Shown here one piece after another: positions 12,541-24,893 of a stretch of DNA of 64,000 bases. The position numbers were made by a program, and so were the translations under genes. Numbering within the stretch: the stretch's first letter is position 1; every line of letters begins with the position of its first letter. The stretch comes from Selaginella moellendorffii (lineage: Eukaryota > Plantae > Lycopodiophyta), in assembly GCF_000143415.4 (NCBI RefSeq), contig NW_003314299.1, positions 1,347,502-1,411,501 of the forward strand. The letters run 5' to 3'. Under the pieces are notes generated by a model that saw only the letters and a program-made list of their open reading frames with translations, did no database searches and was not told the origin of the DNA.

Positions 12541-14644
12541 CTAGCCGGGTAACAGTGAAGCCACCACCGCTGCATCATCAGCCGCTGTTACTTCTTCGGC
12601 ATACATTTCATGCCCCTTCTTTCCAGCCCCGGCATCCAGAATCTCCTTTAGCTTTTGTAAAGCTGCAAGCATGGATATCGAAAGTGTTAGTACTGCATTT
12701 AATAAAAGAGATTCGGGGCGAGACGGACCAGTCCAATAGCGGGGACGGAGCTCTTTAGTGGATTCGGAGGACACTTTGTACGTCTTGCAGGAGCTGTTTT
12801 GGACCTTGGCGAGAATGCTCTTGAAATACCTCACCTACAGGATCGGACAAACGAAAATGAGTGAGCGAGATGAGAGAAAAGAAAAAGAGAGAGTGATGGA
12901 CTTTTCTTTTTACCTCTTCCTTGCGAAGAAGCGTGAAGCAAGAGCCTGATCTTCCAGCTCTAGCAGTCCGGCCGACTCGGTGTACATATGTTCTCGCAAA
13001 AGGAGGCATGTCGTAGTTGATTATGTGCGTGACACCTTCGACGTCCATTCCCCGGGCCATTGCGTCAGACGCCACCAAAACTTGTGCCTCCCCGGCTCTA
13101 AACGCGGCCAAGGCTTTGCTGTAGAACGACACAGACAAGAGAGTCAGTGTAGACAAAGTTTTTGGTCGTCCCATACCTTCGTGCCAGCTGATGTTGGAAG
13201 CTCGAGTACTCGACAGCTCTAAAAGGAAGATCCTCGAAGCACGCCAGGAATGTTGATAAGCGATGGGTGTTTGACACGGACGAGGTGAAGATCACTGTTC
13301 GCTGATCACCCAGGCTGTGCAAAAGTGTGACGAGTTTCAATGGCTTTTGTTGCGCCTTACAGATCTGTATAAGGAAAAGGAGAGAAACACATAACACGCA
13401 TAAAACGCCGAGAGAAGAAAACTGTCACAACGTTGTTAAAACCAAAACTTACAATCGTGTAGGACCGCAATTGCTCCGGGAGCTTATACAAGTTGTCCGA
13501 TGTCGACAGTGCAACGGAAAGTGGATGGTACAGCCGAAGCTGTGCGATCTTCGCTGGATCTCTTGTCAAAGTAGCCGATACAATAATCTTCTGAAGCCTC
13601 GGTACGACGCAGCCTTTGATACCTCTTTCTAAGCACCTGATAAACGAGGAAAAAACACACAAGACTTTAAAACAAGACCACGAAGGACCGCGTATAAAAA
13701 CTTACGAGCGGCGGATGGTGCGAACCGAGCCAATGCCGGGATTACTATCGTCGCTGGGAGAAAAGTTCTTGGCACTGGCTGCTTCAAGGACGGTCGGAAG
13801 CCATTCCTGATACGCCTCACGCAGAAGTCGATCTGTCTCATCTACAACCTTGAGAAAAACGTGGAGCTTAGGAAAAAAAAAAAAAAGGAAAAAGAGAAGA
13901 ATGAAAGTGCTTACCAAGTATTGAAGATGCTCCAGTGTAAACCCAGGAGTGTTTTGTATGTGATCCATGAGCCGACCCGGCGTGGCAACCAGAATGTCGA
14001 CTCGACTCTCCGCAAGATTATCACTGGCAAGATGGAGCTCCCGGAAGCAAGTATCGATCTTTCCAGGGAAAAGCACGAGCTGAGAGGCTTCAGCGGCTAC
14101 AGAAGTTTGTCCAACAGCAATACCGACGGAAAGACCAACCGAAGGAGCTATAGCATCAAAGACTTGTTTCACCTGGAAAAATACGAGTAAAAATAAGTTT
14201 CTAGGCGAAGAACACAACGAAAGAAATGGAGAAAGAAAAAGCACCCAAAGAGAGAATACCTGCATTGCTAGATCACGAGTTGGCACCACAATGAGAGCTC
14301 GAAGGCGCCTTAGAAGACACTGGGAGAGGCTTTGAGCGATGGGCAAGGAGTACGCGAGAGTTTTGCCACTCCCAGTGGGAGACGAGATGCTTAAATCCCT
14401 GGCGCCACCTCCAGGACCCACGGTTTCGTGCCACACCGCCGCTTGCACGGGGAATAGCGAGTGAATTCCAACGTTTCGCAACGATTCCATCAAGCTGCAT
14501 CACCAAAGAAATCGAATGCCACATTGAGAGTGATCGCACGTACCCAGGATGAAGAAATGGCACAGAATCGAGGCTTTGCTCCTCGAAAGAGTTGACATCC
14601 AGCGGCTGGCGCATCCATTGCAAGACCGGAGGCGCCTTTGCCAT
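12541..14644 (-). CDS. DEAD-box RNA helicase, DDX51/Dbp6 (plant RH1) type, multi-exon
   Basis: Q motif LFPVQ, SPTGSGKT, PTRDLA, TPGRL, VVDETDRLL (DETD), SATLT, ARGMD, YVHRVGRTARAG. Confidence 0.9.
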
Positions 14645-15489
14645 GTAAACCCTTCCTCATAAACCCTAAATAAAATCTCGATTAAAATATTCAAAACAGT
14701 TAATAATAAAACATTACAAGGGTTTAGGGCTGAAAAGACGAGGAGATAGGTCAGATTAATTGATATATTTCTTAGTTTTGCTGCTGCATTGTAGAGCTGC
14801 TGGAACAGGAGGAATCCAAGATAGTAGCTCTAGCAGTTAGCTCTGGACAAGCCAAAAAGGAAATCTTTGCCATAGAGGAAGTTGCCATCAAGCAAAGGAC
14901 CAGCCAAAAAAAATAAAAATGCGAAGGCAAAACATAGCTGAGAATATAATAGAACTACATATGGAAGTGTAGACTTTTCTTATAAGATTTAAACAAGATA
15001 TGAATTAGCTTTGTATTGGGGTGATCGGTCTATGAGCAAACCGTCATGTTTCCAGCAGAGCGTCCAACGTTGGAGGAGCTGGAGAAGCTGAGGGCGAGTA
15101 CAGGACGAAGATGCCCGAGCTTGCCAACCTGAATAGTGAGAGGAGCTTGAGAACCAGCTTTTCCTGGCTACTATCCCCTTCCCTGATCACATTGTACACC
15201 CCTGTAGATGCGGACATGAAAAGCTGTTGCACTACCTCCAAACTCGCCTGCGGCCCATGCATATCTAGGAAAGTGGCCTTGAACCCCGCTGGGAAGGGGC
15301 CACAGTAGCCCCAGATGACGAAAGGCCTCACTTCGGTGCCTAGGTCCGGCATCAAGTGCCTAATTGCGCTCAAGCTCAAGCTCTGGTCTTGCAGTTGGCA
15401 TACCCTGACGGTCGCCAGAACTAGACCATACAGCTTGGCGATCTCGTCTACTGGCAAAGGTTTACACACCAAACTCAGAGAAAATTATG

Positions 15490-15745
15490 TTTATATATAT
15501 ATTTATGTTTATGTTTATGTTTATATATATGAGTATATATGAGTATATATATGAGTATATATATGAGTTTGGTGTATATATATATGTATATGAGTATATG
15601 AGTATATGAGTATATATGAGTATATATATGAGTATATATATGAGTATATATGAGTATATATATATGAGTATATATATGAGTATATATGAGTATATATATA
15701 AACTCAGAGAATATTTATATACATTATGTTTATGTTTATATATAT
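15490..15745. repeat. (TA)nTGAG / TTTATG microsatellite next to the assembly gap
   Basis: Repeated GAGTATATAT units; AAACTCAGAGAA occurs at 15471 and 15701. Confidence 0.9.
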
Positions 15746-16002
15746 AAACTGGCATTGTCTATTCACTTTTTATTCTCTAAAATTAAAATAATATTAAGTA
15801 AATGTTTCTTTTTAATTTCTATAATTACTAGATAGCCTAGATAGCTGTAAAAAAGATACTTATCTTTATATTATAAAAATATACTTTAATCGGGAAAAAC
15901 TAATCAAGTAGACATTTACTAAACCCCTTCTACTTTTCAAATATAACTATGAACTCTATAAACATAATGAATTTTAAATATTATATACATATTTTCCATA
16001 TT

Positions 16003-16102
16003 NNNNNNNNNNNNNNNNNNNNNNNNNNNNNNNNNNNNNNNNNNNNNNNNNNNNNNNNNNNNNNNNNNNNNNNNNNNNNNNNNNNNNNNNNNNNNNNNNN
16101 NN
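16003..16102. other. Scaffold gap (100 N)
   Basis: Run of N. Confidence 1.
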
Positions 16103-16199
16103 AAGAGGGACGTCAAGATTTCTCCGCAGTGGCTGACGAACTGATCCATATATTACGGCCAAACTTTGACCATGGGTCAAGAGGTTACTCAAGAAAGTA

Positions 16200-19100
16200 C
16201 TTAAGATACTTTAAGGGCAACAATAGTGTAATAAAGCTTTTGTGGTAACTCAAAGGGTGTTTGGGTGGTGAAGAACTTTTAAAAGAAAGCATAATATAGT
16301 CTAGACAAGGCTAAAACTCTTTATCTTTGTTATCTAGCACTAGATTCTAACCTTAGTATTAGAGACCAATTTTATTCTCATGGTAGTGGGGCAAGAATGT
16401 TTAATGTGATGGATTTGGAGGAAAGAAAAATATAGTATAGTGAATCTAGAGGGAGAATAAAGGTTTGGTAAATTTAGGGTCCTTTTGGTGTTTGGCAATT
16501 CACTGAATATTCAAGTTTATTCTAAAAATAATTCATGATCAATTATTTTAAAATTTTAAAATTGTAAAATTTAATTTTATATAACTATAAAAATCAGTTT
16601 AAATATTTTAATGTCCTTTCCTTACCATCTTCTTTAAGTTGTTAGATCTTTTTCATTTTTCTAACTAATGTGTGTTTTGCCAAAATCTCTCTATGGATTT
16701 TTTATAAATGAGCCCTCAAGATTAAGCAGTAAATAGTTATTATTGACAAAGTTGGTTTTCAATTGTAAACTCTTAAATTTGGATTTTTCGAGAGGTTAGT
16801 ATTACTCAAATCTTGATCTTAAGTATCCCAACACCCAATTGCCAACTGTCAACTTAACATATAGTATGACCTTACCCCTCGAGTATAATTTAACTAGAGT
16901 ATATTAGACCGTTAAATTTCAAGTTAATATGTGGTGTGATTTTTTTAGCTAACCAATAGAGTCGAACATGAAATTTTTCTAATACTAAATGTAAGCTCTT
17001 AAATTTAAACTTTTCAAAACATCATCCAACTTAATACTACTTTTTTAGGAAATCATCTAACCTAGCACTCCTATAAACCCAAAACTTTTAACTGATTGGA
17101 AAGGCACACTTTTATTCATAAGCTTCATCCATTAAACGTCTCTCAAGTCATTTTCTTTAGTTGCTTAAATTAATATATTTATTTCTATTTTACTTGGGTA
17201 TTAAAGTGTAAATCCTCTATTATGGATGGCTGAAGAGATAAATATCAAGTTCTCTAGCTACCATTACATAAAGACAACCTATTTTAGGAAAAATATAATT
17301 TTTAGTAAAATAGGGGTAATTGCTTGATAATAGAGTTTATAGTGTGTATTTTATCTCTATATATCCCTCAAAGTTCCAAAGATTTATGGTAATAGTATAT
17401 TTAAATTTTATCCTATGAAAACATGCGCTACAATGAGTCAATATTACAATAAGTGTTGCATACCTATTTGATTTTGAGAAAATTGCATTAACCTCTTTAT
17501 TAATTTATGCTTAAACTTACAAAGAAAAATATCACTCTCATGACCTTCCATACTAATAGATTAACAAAACATTATACTAGTGACAAAAAGCCATTATAAG
17601 TGATGCTAAGTCATGTTTATTATATGTTTTTGGCATCAATTGATTACATGCAATATATGTACATTATAATTCTATAATAGATACTTTAACCATTCTTTGT
17701 TATTTTCCCATGATTGTTATAATCTATATCCTACACCACCACCTAATCCAATTTAGGCAGAATGGGCTAGAGATATTATTTCTCTACTTGCCTATTTCCC
17801 ACAATTGTTTGATCTTTTTGATCAAACTAAACCATATATCATGTATTCCCACTTAAGATGCATAGCTAATCAATATAGGCCTTTGTTAACATTCCCCTCA
17901 TGAAAAGAAGCAATTAAACAAATGTATGTAAAAGATGTTTAACTTATGATTGATATATAAATCTTGCAATCCTTGGGTAATAAAGTTATATTTACCAAAA
18001 CTTGATGGTACCAAACAATTCCTAGCCTCTAAATGATGTTATTGTGATTGACTCTTACCCCTTCCAATGGGTGGATGATTTGATAGATGAGATGGGAAAT
18101 AATTATATTTTACAATCTTGGATTTAGCATAAGGATATTAGCAAATCCCAATGGATACTACAAATATTGCTAAAACTATCTTTTACACATCAATTGGATT
18201 GTATAAGATTATTATTATGCCTTAATAGGGGCTCTAACCACATTCCAACACATATGATTTATGAATACACACTAATGGTACTTGAGAGGATCATAATCAA
18301 GGGTTACATTGACTTGAGAAGCACTTTCTTAAGCTTAAGCATTCTAAATGCAAGTTAAGTGGATTCGTGATTTCTCTTGAGGGTGTACAACTAGATTTAA
18401 AGAAGATGCATATTATGTATGAATTTTTAATTCCCTATAATATTGTTGAGTTTAAAGTCTTTTCTTTAGTTCTCCCAAATTGCTAATAAAAAACCAAACC
18501 TATCACCTGTTTAAAAACTTTACCCTTAGATCTTAGAAGGAAGAACTAAACCCTACTAAAAAAGCTCTTTCAAATAGCCAAGCTCTAATAAGAAAGACCC
18601 ATATATCCATATCCAACCCAATCTTCAACCACTTAATTAAGTACCAAAGGATTTAATGATGATGAAGTTATCTCCTTTACAAACCCACTTAAGAGTTAGC
18701 AACAAATGATCACCTAGTTAAAGAATCAACTATTAGTAGTGGAAGAGGACTATAGTGAAGCTTGAGCTTAGACACATAAAACTTATTTTGAAAATTGCAC
18801 TCTTATGGAAGTTTAATCTAGAAAGTAGCCTCGTTGATTTACTCCACCACAAGGAACACACCAAAGTAATGATGAGTTAACTTGGTTTGCACACCTACTC
18901 ACTTACCCAAAGTGTAATGATGTGGCCAAAACTTCACATACACCAAGTCCCCCACCACAAATGAGCAAGTTGAGCAATGCTTGTCAACTTGTTATTTCAT
19001 GGATGCAAAGGCTACCTTTAATCTACTCTTGACCAAGCAACAAACATCTCCTCCACCAATCAAGAGGCTTTGATAAAACAGGAGCAAGAAATTTTGAGAT

Positions 19101-19280
19101 TCTTTGACCATAGAGGACTTTCAATTGAGCAAAATATATGGCAAAGTGATGTGCTAAATTGTACACAAACTCTACAAATAACAACTAATGTAGCCATGAG
19201 GAATAATGGTACAAGGTATAGCTATAGAAAAACACCTCCATCATTTGGTTAGTGGCCATCCAACTAGGGGTGATATGTAA
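16200..19280. mobile_element. AT-rich, CpG-depleted decayed repeat debris including a Ty3/gypsy RT remnant
   Basis: ~18360-18410 translates as GFVISLEGVQLDLKKM (gypsy RT-like); no long ORFs. Confidence 0.45.
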
Positions 19281-19286
19281 AACTAA

Positions 19287-19314
19287 AGCTAAGCTCTATT
19301 TCGTTAAAGTGGGA
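19287..19314 (+). repeat. Left terminal inverted repeat (outer AGCT may be the target-site duplication)
   Basis: 28/28 match to the reverse complement of 32486-32513. Confidence 0.92.
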
Positions 19315-19950
19315 TTTATTCAGTAAAATGGGACTAGGTACAAATTTTCAAGTATTTGAAAATGACGTGAAATTATATGTTTTTTGTCCAGGGGCTAGAC
19401 ATATCTGGGGCATGGTGACTAGCGCGGTGACCTTATGTCCAGACTGAGTCCATCTAGTTGTATAATAAATCTCATTGTCAAGGTGAACAAGCCGAATCTG
19501 AAGCTAAAGAAGAGCGATGGCATGCGCGCACACACTATTTGTTTGTTCATTGAGCGTGTGGTGAGCTTTCCAAGATGAACATCATTCCTATTAGCCAGAC
19601 ATATAACTTAATGGTGAGAACATTTAGATATTATTCAATGTTATCTTTTTCTAACGAATCTAATTGTGAAGGTGTAGCAAGAGGCATTGCTAGTCTGGAG
19701 AAGTCATTTAACTCATTTGACCCTTAGTGTATTTTCATGAAACTAAATAACATTCATATTATTAAGGAATTTCTCTAGTACCTTTTTTTTACGACATAGA
19801 GGCTTGCATTTCTTTCAAAGGTGATTTAGTAAAAGGCCTGAGGGCACATGCCATTCTATTTCTCAGACCGGTATTAAGATATACTAGTGCAAAGGGAAAA
19901 AGGTATTTGGTGATCAAGTAAATGGCATGAGGGCACACGCCATTATAAGC

Positions 19951-20208
19951 CTAAGCGCTAGTGGACACCTCCTTTTTGGTACTCTCAGCGGTACTATCAT
20001 CCTTCTCCGGGTCAGTTGTTTTGCTTTGGATTGTTGTCTCTGACGTTACTGGGGCGTTCTCGATAGTTGTTAATGTTGCCGTTTGTTCAGAAAAATGATC
20101 ACCTGGAGTATAGTACGGGGAGTTTGGAAGACTTATATATTCTACATCTTCACCTATCTCCTTCTCCGTCTCCTTTTCTGCCTCACTTACAGATTTTGTG
20201 CTTGCCAT
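19951..20208 (-). CDS. Possible small acidic Thr/Glu-rich ORF inside the transposon
   Basis: MASTKSVSEAEKETEKEIGEDVEY... open for 85 codons downstream of the transposase; no recognisable motif. Confidence 0.3.
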   Translation of the reverse strand: MASTKSVSEAEKETEKEIGEDVEYISLPNSPYYTPGDHFSEQTATLTTIENAPVTSETTIQSKTTDPEKDDSTAESTKKEVSTSA

Positions 20209-20423
20209 GAGAACGCTCTTCACCCTAAAATATGGAGTTCGTTGTGTTATAAAAGGAAACCAACACACACGCTGCAAGGGAATGATGGTACATAAAGCAC
20301 GTAAGCCCACAATATGGGTTTATGTGCCATTAATATGGGCCACACGCCATATTATTAGATTTATGCACGTGTGATTGGTAAATGCATATGTCACATCATC
20401 TTTGTTTTACCTCACACACTATA

Positions 20424-23400
20424 TCAAGCCTCCTCTGATTCAGATTCGGATTGTTCACCTTGAAATAAAATACATTAGAAACTTTGTAAAGGAATATTAA
20501 TGAATCTCACCTTGAACCCGAGTTATGAATGCTCTTGCTGCATCTCTTGCATGGTCTGGCAAGGTGATGGTGGCACTCTGCTTCCGCATCCAACCATGCA
20601 CAACATTATCCACCGATATGCTCATGCTGGGATCCCTTGGATTCAGCACCCATCTCTTTTCTAGGCAATCCTTCGTATATCCGGAACTTGGCTTGAACCA
20701 CTCCACAGTTACATTGAAGGAGTTAGTTTCCGCGTCCTCCTCTGCATCAGTGATGCAGCGCCCCACCCATATCATTTGTTTTTTATTACTGGGTCTGACA
20801 AGCACGACCATTCCTTTGCAGACCTGTACTGGATTGAATGCTGAATCCGGCTTCTTGTTCCTCGGCCCACAATAGTGATCCTCAACATCGTTATCTGTCA
20901 CTGCATTTCCAGAGGACATTGTTCCGCTACTATCTAGTGCTCTGGGTTCTGGCCAAAAGGACTCTTCCAATTCTTCATATACAACCGGCCCATTTTGGAT
21001 AGCAGATATAATCTTCTCCCAGTATTCGAGCAAAGGCTTGCACCTCTGAAAATAGGATTCTCCACCAAACACCAACCCCCTCTTCCAGAAGGCAATATGC
21101 TGTCTAATCCCGGCCACTATACTTTCCTGGTCTTTGAGTCCATCCGGGTGCATCGGCCGTGGGGAACCCTGAGGAATCATAGGTTCCCCAGTTATGGGAT
21201 CTCTCTTGAAGAGTTCAATGCCGTCCACTGGCAGCCACACTGTGTCCCATTCTCTCATCTTGTACCTCATCACTGGAGCACCGTCACACATGCTGAAATG
21301 AAACTGAAGAGGCTTGGAGTGGCCAATCAGCGTTTCGGATCCATCCCTGATGTAGCCTCTTACAAACCCCTTAAAGTCTGGAACCTCTGTCAGAAGTGCA
21401 GCTTCAACAGTGCCTTTGATGCAATTTTGGAATTCATCGTAGAGTTGTGGGAGGGTGAGGACATTGGATCGCCGGAGGGACTCTGCCAGGTGACTGAACA
21501 TGGCATCGACGTCTTCATGAGTGTGCCCAACCATGAGAAAGCCAAGTGTAACCGTTTCAAATATGCCTTTGGCAACAAGCATCGCCAAGTACGCGAAGAC
21601 GTACATGTTTTTGTTCTCACTGCCAGCATTGTCTGTTTGGAGCAGAAGATGGGGTGGAAGGCCACATCGGCCGCAAGAACTTCCTTGAGATTCTGCTTCG
21701 TTTGGATGAGGCTGTGCATTCACCGGGCGACCAGCCTCGTCGGAATGGCATGAGGCCTCACGTGATAACCCTACAATCTGACGGCCAACATATTCACTGG
21801 GATGGCATGGGGCCCCACGCGATACTGCAAGCCTTTGCTCCTCCTCCAGCTGAACCCTGTATGGGGTTCGATCGACAAGGGCCTTATGCAAGGGTTGGCT
21901 GTTCAGCTCAGTCTGCGCACTTTGCAGAGACCTTAAGTGTTTTGCTAGGGACGCAATCATCATGTTTGCACCCCCGCCACCCCATAGAGGTACAAAGAAG
22001 TTCCCATAGTTCTGGGCACCATGCCCATGAGCGATTATGCCAAACAGAGACACAGGCAGCTGCATGGATGAAGAGATTGCCTTGGGGGCAGGATTGAGTC
22101 GAGGTAAGCACGTCTTTTTCTGGTCCATTTTGTCGTGGATGATGCAGAGGTAAGAGTCAGGTCTCTCCATGGAGAGAATCCTGTTATGATAATATGCAGT
22201 CCTGCAACTTCTCTGCTCGATGTTGTGGTCGAGCCGCCTTCTAACCAACGTCTCTCGCTCTTGAGCGCTGCAAGAATTCTTCGACAAAGCCATTTTGATA
22301 GCAGTGCACTCGTCACACTTTGAAAAGCTGGAGTACTTTCCTATACTCACATCCCTGAACCTGTTGCTCCACAATCTACTAAATCTAGATTGGCTCAGCT
22401 TCCTGTAGCCATTACTCTGGAGTTCCCGATTCACATCTTCCAATATGGCCCCCTTGGTATACATGGAAGGGAGAACTCGTTGGGTGTCTCGTGTTCCATC
22501 TTCCAAGAGGCGGGTTTTATGTGGTTGCTGCTCGCTACATGTCTCGACAAACCTCTTGAAGATTGCCTCTCCATATACAACATGACCCCTGGTTTTGTGC
22601 GTACCGTCGTTCCCATGGACTGCCTGTTGAACCCTTTGTTCCTCGAACTCAGTTTTGATTCTGTAGAATGTGCTTCGAGGGACTCCATAAATGATTCTCC
22701 ATGCCTTCATGCAGACCAAACCCCTCTGGAAGACCATGCCCCCCACCTGATGTTCTGAAGCATCAACAGATGACCGTAATGCCTCATACACAAAATTGCG
22801 AGCTGCCTTCCAGGACAATGTCTTGTATCTTGCTCTCTCCTCTTCAATAGCATCCCAATCAGCATGTTGACAGCACCTCCTCTTGCAACAAGCAACTGTC
22901 GAGACCATTCGAACCTTCATCGCCATTTTCTGCCTTTTCGGTTCGTTGCTCAGATCCCTTTGGCTGCGCTTTAGGAAGGTGTACTTTCTTTTCCCATGAA
23001 GAGATGTTCTGTCATCAGTTGTAGTGGTGTTTGATTGTGAATCCTTCACATTCTCAAACACTAAGTGCCTCAATTTCCACCGCACAATGCTTCCAATAGT
23101 CAGACTGTTTTCTTCTGTGTCAACAACCTCTAAAATCGCAACTCCAATATCATCCCAGCCCAATTCTTGATTAGCAACCGCATCTCTTGGATCGACAACT
23201 GTGGCTAAGCCCTCAGCTACCACCTCCCCCTCGGGGTTGTTTAGAAACACTTTTGCCTGAATCCATGTAGCACGGTTCTTAAGATCCACGGAGGGAACAT
23301 GCGTCGCACTTGCGCGGTCCCCAACATCTGCTTTCTTCTGAAGATTTTTCAAGGCAACAACAACATTTACCCCGACGACCATCTCTCCTCGTTCAATAGC

Positions 23401-23565
23401 GACCACATTCCCATCGAAGACAGTCTCTACTGATACAGCAGCATTGCCTTCCCCAAGCCTTTCACAGTGTATAACAAAGTTCCGATCCATAGACACAAGG
23501 GTCCCTTTTGCAACTCTCTTCCCACCATTCAAAATGTAAACCTTTTCCCTAACCCTGAAGGCCAT
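20424..23565 (-). CDS. DDE/D transposase (Sola/DUF7869-like core), with two N-terminal Tnp1/En-Spm-like repeats and a C-terminal BAH/SH3-like barrel
   Basis: 1022-aa ORF with CCKRRCC, FSKCDEC, CIIHDKMDQKKT, LLLQTDNAGSENKN and FLMVGHTHEDVDAMFS. A predicted last intron 20459-20510 adds the exon EQSESESEEA* ending at 20424. Confidence 0.85.
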
Positions 23566-23931
23566 TCTGAAAGTGCAGAAAAGAAGTTAAGACCATACAA
23601 AAAATGATTGGAGAATGGCCTAAATCATAACATACCAAACAACCTCAATAGCATGAGGCCACATGCCATTATTCAAACATGCTATTGACACCCACGTGAA
23701 ATTTCGCATTCACAAAATTGGCATGAGGCCTCATGCCATCTTGATATACACACAGCTGCAGGCAAGTAAAAACATACATGACAATACGCTAGCCATGAAA
23801 TTGCAAGGGCCCAAGATGGCATGTGGCCTCATGCCATTTCTAAATGTGGTCTTAAGCCATTCCATGGTGAACATACCAGGAAGCACAAGTGTCGAATATC
23901 AAGAGGAAGCGGTAGCCACACCAAAGACAGT

Positions 23932-24060
23932 GCCGCTCGCAACACCGCAACTACTCGTAGCGCCGCTCGCAACACCGCAACTGCTCGTAGCGCCGCTCGC
24001 ACAAACTGCCACTCGCATAAACTGCCGCTCGCAATGGCGCTCGCAATGCCGCAACCGCTT
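23932..24060. repeat. CpG-rich 30-bp tandem repeat upstream of the transposase
   Basis: GCCGCTCGCAACACCGCAACTRCTCGTAGC twice, plus further GCCGCTCGCA units. Confidence 0.85.
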
Positions 24061-24860
24061 GTAGACGCATAAACCACAGCCCACAACGCCGCTTACACAA
24101 GCAGCGCTCACTGCGCTCAGCGGAACCAAGAACACGGCGCACAAAAATGATAGACCTAGGAATGAGTTCGAGAATTCAAAAATAACACACGCTTGAACGT
24201 CACATCAAATCCTCTGACAAACCAGATCTTATGATTCCTCTGACAAATTTCAAACTGAGTAGCTTCTAGACTTTGCTGTCGGAGGTTGAACTTTGTCACA
24301 TCATGTCCTTGCCTCGATCCAACTGTGCCATGTCAGTGATTCGAACTTTGCCATGCCATGTCAGCGATCCGCGCCAAGATTATTCGTCGTGTAAAGGAAT
24401 AATTATGCTGTGTGTGTACGTCCATTTATGGCAATATAATGCCACATGCCATTCAAAGAATAATGCTAGTCGAGCATCTTTTGGTGCATTTTTGGGTTCA
24501 AAATTGCATGAGCCCACACGCTATAAAGTTTACCTATACCAAAAATAGAAACAGCTTTATTTACTTGGGAATTTAAGTGGTTGAGGCATTTTTAAACTTA
24601 CAAACACATGCCCTACTTACATTCCTTTGGTTGCTTAAAATTCAAAAATATTATAAACCTTTCTTTTTGCATTTTCAATGTTTTCAATTATGGTTTTTGA
24701 TTTTCGCAGGACCAGCCTAGTAATCTATTTGCATCCCGTCATGTTTATAGCTAGCTTTCGTTCGTCCCCTTCGCTAGCCTGAGATACATCTGCTCGGCAT
24801 CTGCCTCTTACAGCATTTGCCCAGAAAGGGCATCTTTCTTCACGCAGCATTTGCCACATG

Positions 24861-24893
24861 TTTAGGGTTTAGGGTTTAGGGTTTAGGGTTTAG
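24861..24893 (+). repeat. Interstitial plant telomeric repeat (TTTAGGG)4+ inside the transposon
   Basis: tttagggtttagggtttagggtttagggtttag. Confidence 0.95.

Noticed and set aside
11777-12578. Possible small gene downstream of the helicase
   Set aside because: No recognisable motif, and I could not build a convincing splice model.
15462-16248. ORFs over the microsatellite and N gap
   Set aside because: Artefacts of low complexity and ambiguous bases.
20525-22895. Antisense and alternate-frame ORFs over the transposase (likewise over S40, TOR1, SMT2 and the UGT)
   Set aside because: Shadow frames of GC-rich real genes, with no motifs.
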